64,000 nucleotides of DNA from an uncultured Halothiobacillus sp. (GTDB taxonomy: Bacteria > Pseudomonadota > Gammaproteobacteria > Halothiobacillales > Halothiobacillaceae). This document shows positions 40,973 through 50,239 of this stretch, one piece after another (position 1 is the stretch's first letter; the number at the start of each line of letters is the position of its first letter). The stretch is from assembly GCA_964402435.1 (NCBI GenBank), contig CAYOCG010000007.1:543-64542 (forward strand). The letters run 5' to 3'. The position numbers and the translations under genes are program-made. A model generated the notes under the pieces. The model searched no databases, was not told where the DNA came from, and worked only from the letters and a program-made list of their open reading frames with translations.

Positions 40973-41413
40973 ATGACGGATTTTGTACATATCGTTTCGC
41001 CGCATGACGGTACCATCAACCGTGTGCCACGTGATCGCCTGCACCAACATCCGGTGTGCGGCAAATCCGGCAAGCCGCTGTTCGTCGGCCACCCGCTGGA
41101 ACTCACCTCAGCCAGCTTTCAGCGCTACATCACGCGCAATGATTTGCCCGTGCTGGTCGATTTCTGGGCGCCCTGGTGTGGCCCCTGCCGCATGATGGCA
41201 CCGGTACTGGATGAAGCTGCCAAGCAATTCGAGCCGAGCGTACTGATTGCCAAGGTGAACACGGAGAACGAGCCGGTCATCAGCCAGCAATTCGGCATCC
41301 GTAGCATCCCAACGCTTGCCTTGTTTCAGGGTGGCCGCGAAATTGCGCGCATGAGCGGCGCCATGCAGCTGGGTCAACTCAAGCAGTGGCTCAGCCAACA
41401 CATTCATTTTTAA
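40973..41413 (+). CDS. trxC: thioredoxin 2-like (TrxC-type with N-terminal extension)
   Basis: WCGPC active site within VLVDFWAPWCGPCRMMAP. The N-terminal extension aligns with the Trx2 zinc-finger region but keeps only one Cys. Confidence 0.85.
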   Translation: MTDFVHIVSPHDGTINRVPRDRLHQHPVCGKSGKPLFVGHPLELTSASFQRYITRNDLPVLVDFWAPWCGPCRMMAPVLDEAAKQFEPSVLIAKVNTENEPVISQQFGIRSIPTLALFQGGREIARMSGAMQLGQLKQWLSQHIHF

Positions 41414-41434
41414 TCCACGCTTAGGAACAACCCC

Positions 41435-41923
41435 ATGTCTGAGAATCAAGCTGCTGAAGCGCAAACCACACCGCGTCAATACGCCCTGCAACGCATTTAC
41501 CTCAAGGATGTATCGTTCGAGTCACCGCGCACGCCGCACATTTTCCTCAACCCCGAGTGGCAACCGAACATCAATGTGCAGGTCGAAAACCGCAGCCAGC
41601 AACTGGGCGAGGGCGTGTTCGAAGTGGCACTGAAGATCACCGCCACCGCTGCCATTGAAATGGATGGCAAGCCAGAAACCGCTTTCCTCGCTGAAGTCAC
41701 CCACGCCGGCATTTTCACCATCGCGGGCTTCGAAGGGCATGAGCTGGCGCACATTCTCGGCAGCATCTGCCCCACCCAGCTTTTCCCCTTTACCCGCGAA
41801 ACCGTGGCCGATCTGGTGGTCAAAGGCGGTTTCCCCAGCCTGCTGTTGCAGCCGATCAACTTCGACGCGCTCTACATGCAACACATGCAGCAACAAGCCG
41901 AAGCGGGCGGCACACTGCAATAA
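41435..41923 (+). CDS. secB: protein-export chaperone SecB
   Basis: 162 aa with ALQRIYLKDVSFESPRTPHIF and an acidic C-terminus. Confidence 0.93.
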   Translation: MSENQAAEAQTTPRQYALQRIYLKDVSFESPRTPHIFLNPEWQPNINVQVENRSQQLGEGVFEVALKITATAAIEMDGKPETAFLAEVTHAGIFTIAGFEGHELAHILGSICPTQLFPFTRETVADLVVKGGFPSLLLQPINFDALYMQHMQQQAEAGGTLQ

Positions 41924-41928
41924 AGCGC

Positions 41929-42936
41929 ATGAGCGAGCAACGCATCGCCGTACTCGGCGCAGGCGCTTGGGGCACGGCGCTGGCCATTCATCTGGCGCGC
42001 AATGGCCATGCTGTCCGCCTGTGGGGACGTAACGCCGCACAGATGCAGACCATGCAGCACGCACGCTGCAATGCGCGCTACCTGCCGGACATCGCTTTTC
42101 CCGACACCTTGCAGGTCGAGGCTGACCTCGAACGCGCCATGCGTGACGCCACGCTCGTGCTGCTGGCCGTACCGAGCAGTGGCTTTCGCGCATTTTTGCG
42201 TGAATTGACCGAGCACATGCCCTTGTTTCCGCCGCGCATCGCTTGGGCAAGCAAGGGGCTGGAGCAGGGCACGGCCAAGCGCCTGGATCAAGTGTTTAGC
42301 GAAGAGCTCCCAAGCTTTCTGCCTCCTGCCATCATCTCGGGGCCCACCTTTGCCGGCGAAGTGGCGCGCGGCCTACCCACCGCGGTGACCATTGCCTCAC
42401 GCGATGCGGCATTTGCCGAGCAGCTTGCCCACCTGCTGCACAGCCCGGTGTTTCGCGCCTATCATGTCAACGACATCATCGGCGTGGAACTCGGCGGCGC
42501 GGTGAAAAACGTGCTCGCCATCGGCGCCGGTATCGCCGACGGCCTGCATTTTGGTGCCAATGCACGTGCGGCACTGATCACGCGCGGCTTGCAGGAGATC
42601 ATGCGTCTGGTGGACGCCGCCGGAGGCCAACGCGAAACCCTGATGGGTCTGGCCGGGTTGGGCGATCTGGTGCTCACTTGCACCGACAACCAGTCACGTA
42701 ACCGTCGTTTTGGTCTGTTGCTGGCCGAAGGTCAAAGCGTCGAAGCCGCGCTGAATCACATCGGCCAAGCCGTGGAAGGCTTGCCCAGCGCGGGCGAGGC
42801 ATGGCGACTGGCTCGCGAATATGGCATCGACATGCCCATCACCCATGCGGTGTATCACGTGGTGCATGAAGGCTTGCCCCCCAAGCAAGCGGTGGCCGAG
42901 CTGCTGCAGCGTCATGCGCGACCCGAGTTTGATTGA
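41929..42936 (+). CDS. gpsA: NAD(P)H-dependent glycerol-3-phosphate dehydrogenase
   Basis: IAVLGAGAWGTALA, GAVKNVLAIGAG and NQSRNRRFG motifs. Confidence 0.93.
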   Translation: MSEQRIAVLGAGAWGTALAIHLARNGHAVRLWGRNAAQMQTMQHARCNARYLPDIAFPDTLQVEADLERAMRDATLVLLAVPSSGFRAFLRELTEHMPLFPPRIAWASKGLEQGTAKRLDQVFSEELPSFLPPAIISGPTFAGEVARGLPTAVTIASRDAAFAEQLAHLLHSPVFRAYHVNDIIGVELGGAVKNVLAIGAGIADGLHFGANARAALITRGLQEIMRLVDAAGGQRETLMGLAGLGDLVLTCTDNQSRNRRFGLLLAEGQSVEAALNHIGQAVEGLPSAGEAWRLAREYGIDMPITHAVYHVVHEGLPPKQAVAELLQRHARPEFD

Positions 42937-42940
42937 ATCG

Positions 42941-43672
42941 TTAAGTCTCAAGAGACTCAACTATTTCAAGCACTTCCGCCGCCCCCTGCACCACCCGCCA
43001 GCGCACATCCAGCGCGTACACGCGCATGCCGTACACGCGCAGCGCATCTTCATCATGATCATGGCGCGCGTGGTACGCCGGACGCGGATCGCGCTGCAAC
43101 AATGACTCCACGAGCAAATCCAGCCCGGGATGGATGGGCAACCAGCGTGCGCAAGCCGCGCGCGCCTCGGCCGACCAACGCACGGCAAGGCGCGCGCCGC
43201 TGTCCTCGGCAGCAAATCCACCGCGCGCATCCGTGCGCGCCTCGACATAGGGCAAATAGGGTTTTACATCGAGCAGCGGCGTGCCATCGAGCAGGTCGGC
43301 GCCGCGCACATGAATGCGCACGCGGCCATCGCCAAGCGCTTCAACCCGCTGCAACGACACCAGCGACAGCCCCAGAGGATTGGGGCGGTAGGGCGCGCGG
43401 GTAGCGAACACACCCAGGCGTTGATTGCCACCCAGACGCGGCGGGCGTACGGTCAACGCGTCCTCACGCCCCTTCTCGGCATGAAACCAGGTCACAAGCC
43501 AGAGGTGGCTGAAACCTTCGATACCGCGCCAGGCATCTTCGCGATCGTAAGGCGCAAACAGCTCAAGCTGCGCCTGCACCGCATCCACCAACCCGGCTTG
43601 GCGCGGAATGCCAAATTTCTCGCTAAACGGCGTGCGCACCACGCCAATCGGACGCATTACAATGTCATCCAC
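42941..43672 (-). CDS. trmO: tRNA (t6A37-N6)-methyltransferase TrmO (TsaA/YaeB family)
   Basis: MRPIGVVRTPFSEKFGIPRQ and RPNPLGLSLV motifs. The start may be 43657. Confidence 0.8.
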   Translation of the reverse strand: MDDIVMRPIGVVRTPFSEKFGIPRQAGLVDAVQAQLELFAPYDREDAWRGIEGFSHLWLVTWFHAEKGREDALTVRPPRLGGNQRLGVFATRAPYRPNPLGLSLVSLQRVEALGDGRVRIHVRGADLLDGTPLLDVKPYLPYVEARTDARGGFAAEDSGARLAVRWSAEARAACARWLPIHPGLDLLVESLLQRDPRPAYHARHDHDEDALRVYGMRVYALDVRWRVVQGAAEVLEIVESLET

Positions 43673-43692
43673 CCTAACCTCCGTATCCTGCC

Positions 43693-44322
43693 ATGCTTTT
43701 TTCCATCATTATGCTGCACGGTCTGGGTGCCGACGGCAGCGACATGCAACCCTTGGCCGCCGCCTGGGCTGCACGCCTGAAACAGGCTCTGCCCACCAGC
43801 ACCTGCCGCATCCACTGCCCAGACGCCCCGTCACGTGCGGTAAGCATCAATGGCGGCTACGTCATGCCGGCATGGTTTGACCTTTACGCGCTCGATGCCC
43901 ATGCACCCTTGGACACCACAGGCATCGCGCAAAGCGTAGAGCGTATTCGCACGCTGCTGGACAGCGAACATCGCGCGGGGGTGCCGTGGGGGAACATGTT
44001 CCTCGGCGGTTTTTCCCAGGGCGGAGCGATCGCCTTGCATACCCTGTTGCAGTTTGATCAGGCCATCGGCGGCGTGATCGCACTGTCCGCCTGGTTGCCC
44101 ATGCCCCCCGCACCATCCAGCCACGCGCGCACGCCGGTGTTTATCGGTCATGGGGGGGACGATGACCTCGTTCCCGTGACTGCAGCAGAACGTGCCCAAG
44201 CCCATTTGCGTGCGCTCGACTACCCCACCGAGTTCCATACCTACCCGCTGGCGCACGGCATCAGCATGCAGGAAATCGATGACATCGGCACCTGGCTGGT
44301 GCAGCGCACTGCCCAATCATGA
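43693..44322 (+). CDS. alpha/beta hydrolase, phospholipase/carboxylesterase family
   Basis: Nucleophile elbow GFSQGG, Asp in GHGGDDDLVP and His in PLAHGIS. Confidence 0.8.
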   Translation: MLFSIIMLHGLGADGSDMQPLAAAWAARLKQALPTSTCRIHCPDAPSRAVSINGGYVMPAWFDLYALDAHAPLDTTGIAQSVERIRTLLDSEHRAGVPWGNMFLGGFSQGGAIALHTLLQFDQAIGGVIALSAWLPMPPAPSSHARTPVFIGHGGDDDLVPVTAAERAQAHLRALDYPTEFHTYPLAHGISMQEIDDIGTWLVQRTAQS

Positions 44323-45443
44323 ACACCCTGCGCTGGGACATTTTCTGTCGTGTGGTCGATAACTTTGGCGACATCGGTACCTGTTGGCGACTGGCGCGCA
44401 TCCTGCAACGCGAACATGGCCAGCATGTCCGCCTGTGGGTGGATGATCTGCACGCCCTTAAGCCCCTGGTGCCTGAGGCCACACTGCACACAACGCAAAC
44501 TCTACATGACATCGAAGTCTGTCATTGGGGCGAACATTTTCCAGCCACCACGGTGGCGGATATCGTCATCGAAGCCTTCGCCTGCGGCCTGCCGCAGTCT
44601 TACCAAGGCAATATGCAAGGCAGCCTATGGCTCAATCTGGAATACATGAGCTGCGAAGACTGGGTGCCGGGCTGCCACGGACAAAGCTCCATGCTCCCCG
44701 GTGGGCTCAAGCGCCACTTTTTTATTCCCAGTCTGCTCACGGGGGCAGGTGGGTTATTGCGTGAGCGCGATCTGCTGCGCCAACGCGATCAGTTTTTACG
44801 TGACCCATGCGCACAAAGCGCATGGCGGGCACGATGGGACATTCCAACCGCAGCGCCCAACAGTCTCAAAATCAGCCTGTTTGCTTACGAAAACCCGCAC
44901 TTGATGGACTGGCTGCACGCTCTGGGTCAACTCGACATCCCGGTCACCGCCTACCTGCCACAAAGCCGCCTGTGCAATAGCCTGACGCAGCCACTCAAAC
45001 CTGACGCGCCCATGCGCCTGGGCAATCTGACGCTGCATCGCATCCCTTTTCTGCCGCAAGCCGAATACGATCACCTGCTCTGGCTGTGCGACATCAATTT
45101 CGTACGTGGCGAGGACTCCCTCAGCCGCGCCATCTGGGCAGGCAAGCCCTTCATCTGGCACATCTACCCCACCGACGACCGGGCACACCTGATCAAGCTG
45201 GAGGCGTTTTTGCGCGTGTACGCAACCCACAACGCATGCTCGACCACGTTGCAAGCGTTGATGTACGCATGGAATCGCCCCGATGAAAAGCACCCATCAC
45301 CCGCGCATGCACTGCTTGCACTGCACCAACAGGCGCATGAGTTCGCCACACAGAGCCAACGCCTTGCCCGTGAACTTGATCTGGCGCAAAACCTGCTGAA
45401 CACGGTGCAATCTGGCGCAAACACGGCTAGAATGCCGGATTAA
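44319..45443 (+). CDS. earP: EF-P arginine-32 rhamnosyltransferase EarP
   Basis: WDIFCRVVDNFGDIGTCWRLARIL N-terminal signature (DUF2331). Adjacent to efp. Confidence 0.85.
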   Translation: MNTLRWDIFCRVVDNFGDIGTCWRLARILQREHGQHVRLWVDDLHALKPLVPEATLHTTQTLHDIEVCHWGEHFPATTVADIVIEAFACGLPQSYQGNMQGSLWLNLEYMSCEDWVPGCHGQSSMLPGGLKRHFFIPSLLTGAGGLLRERDLLRQRDQFLRDPCAQSAWRARWDIPTAAPNSLKISLFAYENPHLMDWLHALGQLDIPVTAYLPQSRLCNSLTQPLKPDAPMRLGNLTLHRIPFLPQAEYDHLLWLCDINFVRGEDSLSRAIWAGKPFIWHIYPTDDRAHLIKLEAFLRVYATHNACSTTLQALMYAWNRPDEKHPSPAHALLALHQQAHEFATQSQRLARELDLAQNLLNTVQSGANTARMPD

Positions 45444-45470
45444 TTCAAAACCCAACATTAAGGTAACTGC

Positions 45471-46031
45471 ATGAAAACCGCACAAGAATTCCGCGCCGGC
45501 AACGTGATGATGATCGATGGTTCGCCCTGGGTCGTGCTCAAAGCTGAATTCAGCAAGTCCGGGCGCAACTCGGCGATCGTCAAAATGAAGCTGAAGAACC
45601 TGCTCTCCGGCTCCAGCACCGAGACGGTGTACAAAGCCGACGACAAATTCGAACAGGTCATCCTCGACAAGAAAGAGTGCACCTACAGCTACTTTGCTGA
45701 CCCGCTCTACGTCTTCATGGATGAGGAGTTCAACTCCTACGAAGTCGAAAAAGACAACCTCGGCGATGCCCTCAACTACATCGTCGATGGCATGGAAGAC
45801 AAGGTGGAGGTCACCTTCTACGACGGCAAGGCAATTTCTGTAGAACTGCCCACCACCATCGTGCGTGAAATCGCCTACACCGAGCCCGCCGCACGCGGTG
45901 ACACCTCGGGCAAAGTCATGAAATCCGCCAAACTGATCAACGATTTTGAAATCCAGGTGCCAGCCTTCATCGAAATCGGCGAGAAAGTCTCCATCGACAC
46001 GCGCACCGGCGAGTGCCGTGGTCGCGCCTGA
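45471..46031 (+). CDS. efp: elongation factor P (Arg32 type)
   Basis: 186 aa. The loop [16 protein letters not shown] places Arg at position 32. Confidence 0.95.
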   Translation: MKTAQEFRAGNVMMIDGSPWVVLKAEFSKSGRNSAIVKMKLKNLLSGSSTETVYKADDKFEQVILDKKECTYSYFADPLYVFMDEEFNSYEVEKDNLGDALNYIVDGMEDKVEVTFYDGKAISVELPTTIVREIAYTEPAARGDTSGKVMKSAKLINDFEIQVPAFIEIGEKVSIDTRTGECRGRA

Positions 46032-46056
46032 TCTTTGCATTAGGCCATGAACACAA

Positions 46057-46078
46057 CCCCGCTGCGGCGGGGTTTTTT
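46057..46078 (+). terminator. Rho-independent terminator after efp
   Basis: CCCCGC-TGCG-GCGGGG hairpin followed by T6. Confidence 0.8.
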
Positions 46079-46123
46079 GTGCATGAGCCAGTCTCATGCT
46101 ATGAATTCTAAAAAGTTGACTGA

Positions 46124-46879
46124 TTGAGCCCTCTGCCTGTGAACAAAACACTCGGCGCACTGCGCTCCGCCCTCTACACCCTTGGCTTGTGGCTGAGTCT
46201 TGTGGTCTATATCCCGGTGATTTTGGTTGCCACCGTCGTACCTGCGCCGCGGCGCTATCGCCTGATGCGCCCATGGAACTGGTTTTCCATTTATTGGCTT
46301 CGTATCGCCTGTGGCGTGCGCTGGAAGGTGGAAGGCGAAGTGCCGCGTGATGGGCTGGGCGGCGTGGTGATGGCCAAGCATCAGTCCACCTGGGAGACCT
46401 TTTTCTTTCCGTTGCTGTTCGACGGCCCGGCCTTTGTGCTCAAGCGCGAGCTGCTGCGCCTGCCGATCTTTGGTTGGGGACTGGCGATCAATCAGCCGAT
46501 TGCCATTGATCGCAAAGCAGGGCGCGATGCCCTGCGCCAAATTCTGGAACAGGGCAGCGAACGCCTTAAACAGCATCGCTGGGTGATCATTTTCCCTGAA
46601 GGCACACGCACCGCCGTCGGCGAGAAGGGTAAATACAAACCCGGCGGCGCCCTACTTGCCACGCAAAATGGCGCGCGTGTACTGCCGATTGCGCACAATG
46701 CCGGCTGCGCTTGGCCGCGCGGCGGATTCATCAAAACGCCGATGACCATCACCCTGCGCATTGGACCTTTGATTGAAACCGCAGGGCGCAAAGCGAGTGA
46801 GATCAACCAGCAGGTCGAGGAGTGGATCGAGGCGCAGATGGCCACCCTGCCCTGCCCCAAGCAAAACGCAGAATCATGA
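46124..46879 (+). CDS. plsC: 1-acyl-sn-glycerol-3-phosphate acyltransferase
   Basis: HQSTWE (HX4D/E-type) and FPEGTRT motifs. TTG start, uncertain. Confidence 0.85.
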   Translation: MSPLPVNKTLGALRSALYTLGLWLSLVVYIPVILVATVVPAPRRYRLMRPWNWFSIYWLRIACGVRWKVEGEVPRDGLGGVVMAKHQSTWETFFFPLLFDGPAFVLKRELLRLPIFGWGLAINQPIAIDRKAGRDALRQILEQGSERLKQHRWVIIFPEGTRTAVGEKGKYKPGGALLATQNGARVLPIAHNAGCAWPRGGFIKTPMTITLRIGPLIETAGRKASEINQQVEEWIEAQMATLPCPKQNAES

Positions 46880-47769
46880 CCCCGCTGTACCTGGACATCG
46901 CCGCGCAGATCAGCGCACATCTGGGTGTGCCTTTTCGTCCGCGCCAAGCGCAAGCACGCGGCGGTGGCTGCATCAGCGAAGGCATGGTTCTGGACGATGG
47001 CGTGCAGCGTTATTTCGTCAAACTCAACCGCGCCGCAAACCTGCCGATGTTTGCAGCGGAAGCGGCAGCACTGGAGCACCTCGCGTCCACACACACCCTG
47101 CGCGTGCCGCAACCGATCGTGCATGGACAGATCGGCACGCAAGCGTTTCTGGTACTGGAATACCTGCCGCTGGTGGATCATGACGACCCGGCACGTCTTG
47201 GTGAACAACTCGCCGCGCTGCATCGGCACAGTGCACCGCATTTCGGTTTCCAGCATGACAATTTCATTGGCAGCACGCCGCAGTGCAACACCGCGCAGCA
47301 GGACTGGATCCGCTTTTGGAGTCAATACCGTCTCCAGCCGCAACTCGAACGCGCGCAAACAGGAGGCATGGACAGCGCCACACTCGACCTCGGCACACGC
47401 CTGCTCGACGTGCTACCGCAGTTCTTCACTGATTACACGCCTCAACCAAGCCTGCTGCACGGCGACCTGTGGGGCGGCAACTACGGCTACATGCAGGACG
47501 GTTCAAGCATCGTGCCGGTGATCTTCGACCCGGCGACTTATTACGGCGACCGCGAAACGGATCTGGCCATGACCGAGCTTTTCGGCGGCTTCCCGCCGCG
47601 CTTTCGCCATGCTTATGAAGCCGCATGGCCGCTGGATGTCGGCTTTGCTGTGCGCCGCACCCTATACAACCTCTACCACATCCTCAACCACTTCAATCTG
47701 TTCGGCGCGGGCTATGCCGCACAGGCCAGGCGCATGATCGAGCGCCTGTTGAGCGAGGTAGCCGCGTGA
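46876..47769 (+). CDS. fructosamine/ketosamine-3-kinase family protein
   Basis: LLHGDLWGGN and DPATYYGDRETDLAM motifs. ATGA overlap with the plsC stop. Confidence 0.85.
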   Translation: MTPLYLDIAAQISAHLGVPFRPRQAQARGGGCISEGMVLDDGVQRYFVKLNRAANLPMFAAEAAALEHLASTHTLRVPQPIVHGQIGTQAFLVLEYLPLVDHDDPARLGEQLAALHRHSAPHFGFQHDNFIGSTPQCNTAQQDWIRFWSQYRLQPQLERAQTGGMDSATLDLGTRLLDVLPQFFTDYTPQPSLLHGDLWGGNYGYMQDGSSIVPVIFDPATYYGDRETDLAMTELFGGFPPRFRHAYEAAWPLDVGFAVRRTLYNLYHILNHFNLFGAGYAAQARRMIERLLSEVAA

Positions 47770-48506
47770 GCTTCATCTCTCCCGTCTGGCCTTGTCCACC
47801 CAGTGTGCGCAGTGCACAAACCACACGCCATGGCGGGGTGAGCCAGCCTCCATTTGATAGCCTCAATCTTGCCACGCATGTGGGCGACTACCCTGCATGC
47901 GTGCAAGCCAACCGTGCGCGCCTGCGCCAAGAACTGGACTTGCCCAGCGAGCCGATCTGGCTGGAGCAAGTGCATGGTGTCGACGTCTATCACGCCTTTG
48001 GCGACACCCCAACGACACCGCCGCGCGCGGACGCAGCGTACACCCGCCAACCCGGCCGCGTGCTGGCGGTGCTAACCGCCGACTGCCTGCCGGTACTGTT
48101 TTGCGCGCACAATGGCGCAGAAATCGCTGTGGCGCATGCCGGCTGGCGCGGATTGTGCGCCGGTGTGCTGGAGGCCACACTGGCCGCGTTTCAAAACCCA
48201 ACATCCGAGATCATGGCTTGGCTGGGGCCTGCCATTAGCCAAGCCGCGTTTGAAGTCGGTGAGGAGGTGCGTGCCGCCTTCCTCAGCCACGACCCACACG
48301 CCGCCGTGGCGTTTATGCCGAGCAATCGCCCTGATCATTGGCAGGCTGACCTCTACATGCTGGCGCGACAACGCCTTGCACATGCAGGCGTGAATCGTGT
48401 CTATGGCGGTGGCGACTGCACCTTGAGCGACGCCACGCGCTTTTTCTCCTACCGCCGAAGTACACCGTGTGGGCGCATGGTCAGCCTGATTTGGCTACAA
48501 ACCTAG
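47766..48506 (+). CDS. pgeF: peptidoglycan editing factor PgeF (YfiH/DUF152 purine nucleoside phosphorylase/laccase-domain)
   Basis: TTRHGGVS, ADAAYT..LAVLTADCLPVLF and HAGWRG motifs. GTGA overlap with the upstream stop. Confidence 0.85.
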   Translation: MSFISPVWPCPPSVRSAQTTRHGGVSQPPFDSLNLATHVGDYPACVQANRARLRQELDLPSEPIWLEQVHGVDVYHAFGDTPTTPPRADAAYTRQPGRVLAVLTADCLPVLFCAHNGAEIAVAHAGWRGLCAGVLEATLAAFQNPTSEIMAWLGPAISQAAFEVGEEVRAAFLSHDPHAAVAFMPSNRPDHWQADLYMLARQRLAHAGVNRVYGGGDCTLSDATRFFSYRRSTPCGRMVSLIWLQT

Positions 48507-48582
48507 GTGTAACAACGCGCCCTGTCATCCGTTTGACACCCATTTGCGTATCATCAGCCGCCTTAACCTTGAGAAGCCGATC

Positions 48583-49101
48583 ATGAACCACTGGAAACTG
48601 CTTACCCTCGTTGGCCCCGACCGTCCGGGCATTGTTGCCGCCGTCACCCGCGTGCTGCTTGGCGCAGGCGCAACCCTGGGCGAAGCGTCGATGATGCGTT
48701 TGGGCGGTTTGTTCACCATCATGCTCATGGTGGATCTGGAGGGCGACGGGGTGCAGCTCAAAGGCTTGCTCGAATCCGTGCGCAACGAATACAAGCTGCG
48801 CGTGCATGTCGATGAGCTGCCGGCCAGGCTGCACCAGCGCATCGAGCCAGATGTCCGCATCAGCGTGTACGGCGCGGATCGTGCCGGTATCGTCGCCGAA
48901 GTCACCGACGTGCTCGCCCAGGCCGGCCTGAGCATCACCGATCTGCGCTCCGATGTCGCCGGTAGCGCGGAAAGCCCCATCTACATCATGAGCATCGAAG
49001 GTGTGGCACAGCAGGGCTATGCCGCGCTGGAGCAGGCGCTGAGCAAGCTGCCGGCCGACATGCGCGTGACCCTCGAACCGATCGAACTGATGCGAGGCTG
49101 A
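48583..49101 (+). CDS. tandem ACT-domain protein, GcvR-like
   Basis: Two ACT units (LTLVGPDRPGIVAAVTRVL and ISVYGADRAGIVAEVTDVL). Confidence 0.7.
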   Translation: MNHWKLLTLVGPDRPGIVAAVTRVLLGAGATLGEASMMRLGGLFTIMLMVDLEGDGVQLKGLLESVRNEYKLRVHVDELPARLHQRIEPDVRISVYGADRAGIVAEVTDVLAQAGLSITDLRSDVAGSAESPIYIMSIEGVAQQGYAALEQALSKLPADMRVTLEPIELMRG

Positions 49102-49102
49102 G

Positions 49103-49624
49103 ATGGCCTTGCGCGATATCGTTCTCTACCCGGACAACCGGCTGAAAACCGTGTGCGAGCCGGTGGAAAGCTTCAATGCCGAGCTGCGCGATTTTGTGCA
49201 GGACTTGCTCGACACTTGCGCGGTCGGCCCCGGTGCGGTCGGCATTGCCGCACCGCAGGTGGGCGTGTTGCAGCGCGTGTGCATCGTCGATGCCACGCGG
49301 GCACGCAAGCCTGTGCCCAATCATGGCCGGCTGATTCTGGTCAATCCGGAAATCACCGCTTGGGAAGGCTTCGCCGTCGGGCGCGAAGGCTGCCTCTCCG
49401 TGCCAGACTACACTGGCAACGTGGTGCGCGCGGAAAAAATCCAGCTGCGCGCTTACGATCTTGACGGCAGCTTGCTGGAATTAGACATGCAAGGCTACGA
49501 GGCGCGCATCGCGCAGCACGAAATCGACCACCTCGATGGCGTGTTGTTCCTTGACCGCCTGATCAGCCGCGGCGCAGACTTGTTTCAGCGCAAGCCTGAC
49601 AAGCCCAAAGCGCAATCAAGCTAG
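49103..49624 (+). CDS. def: peptide deformylase
   Basis: GIAAPQVG, EGCLSVP and HEIDHL motifs. No fmt gene follows. Confidence 0.92.
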   Translation: MALRDIVLYPDNRLKTVCEPVESFNAELRDFVQDLLDTCAVGPGAVGIAAPQVGVLQRVCIVDATRARKPVPNHGRLILVNPEITAWEGFAVGREGCLSVPDYTGNVVRAEKIQLRAYDLDGSLLELDMQGYEARIAQHEIDHLDGVLFLDRLISRGADLFQRKPDKPKAQSS

Positions 49625-49930
49625 CATCTCCAGCAAAACCGGGTGCCAAACATCAAGCTCGATCGCACCCATCCTCCCCGCAAGACGACACTTGTCCACC
49701 GTGCGAATCTGATCAAGCAAGATACGCGCCTGCTTACCGGCAAACACCAGCTCAGGACGGCACCCCAAGGGCTGCCCTGCGCTAGTCAACGGGGCAATGA
49801 TCACACGCGGCAAGATGGCATTCATGTCATCGGGCGAGATGATTAACGCTGGTCGCTTCTTTTTGATTTCCGTGCCCCGCGTTGGGTCAAGATCAACCCA
49901 ATACACCTCACCACGTTTCACCAAACCCAT
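49616..49930 (-). CDS. mazF: type II toxin, MazF/PemK family endoribonuclease
   Basis: 104 aa: KRGEVYWVDLDPTRGTEIKKKRPALIISPDDMN. Its 3' end overlaps the def stop convergently by 9 nt. Confidence 0.85.
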   Translation of the reverse strand: MGLVKRGEVYWVDLDPTRGTEIKKKRPALIISPDDMNAILPRVIIAPLTSAGQPLGCRPELVFAGKQARILLDQIRTVDKCRLAGRMGAIELDVWHPVLLEMLA

Positions 49931-50157
49931 GCATCGTCACCGTCTTCATCCAGAGGCAATGCTGCCAGGACATCTTCATCCTCGGCAGGTTGATAGCCAT
50001 CGAACCAGCCCGCACGCGGAGCCTCAACGGGCGTAATGATCAAGCGATCACCCTCCAGATGAACCTCGACCACATCACGCATCTTGCAGGCCGCCAACAT
50101 GGCCGCGGGAATGATAATGCCACGTGAATTACCCACCTCACGTAAACGAATGTGCAT
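49918..50157 (-). CDS. mazE: type II antitoxin, MazE/AbrB-SpoVT family
   Basis: 79 aa from MHIRLREVGNSRGIIIPAAML (SpoVT/AbrB swapped-hairpin motif) with an acidic C-terminus. 13-nt overlap with mazF. Confidence 0.8.
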   Translation of the reverse strand: MHIRLREVGNSRGIIIPAAMLAACKMRDVVEVHLEGDRLIITPVEAPRAGWFDGYQPAEDEDVLAALPLDEDGDDAWVW

Positions 50158-50239
50158 ACTGCCTCCGCAGTAATAACTTTGTTGCAACATTATGCGCCCA
50201 TTAGGGAGTAATGTGCGCACTTCCCGCGTGACGCTCTGT

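Noticed and set aside
45297-46274. 325-aa minus-strand ORF spanning efp
   Set aside because: It is antisense to efp and the earP 3' end, and crosses the efp terminator. No motifs. Shadow ORF.
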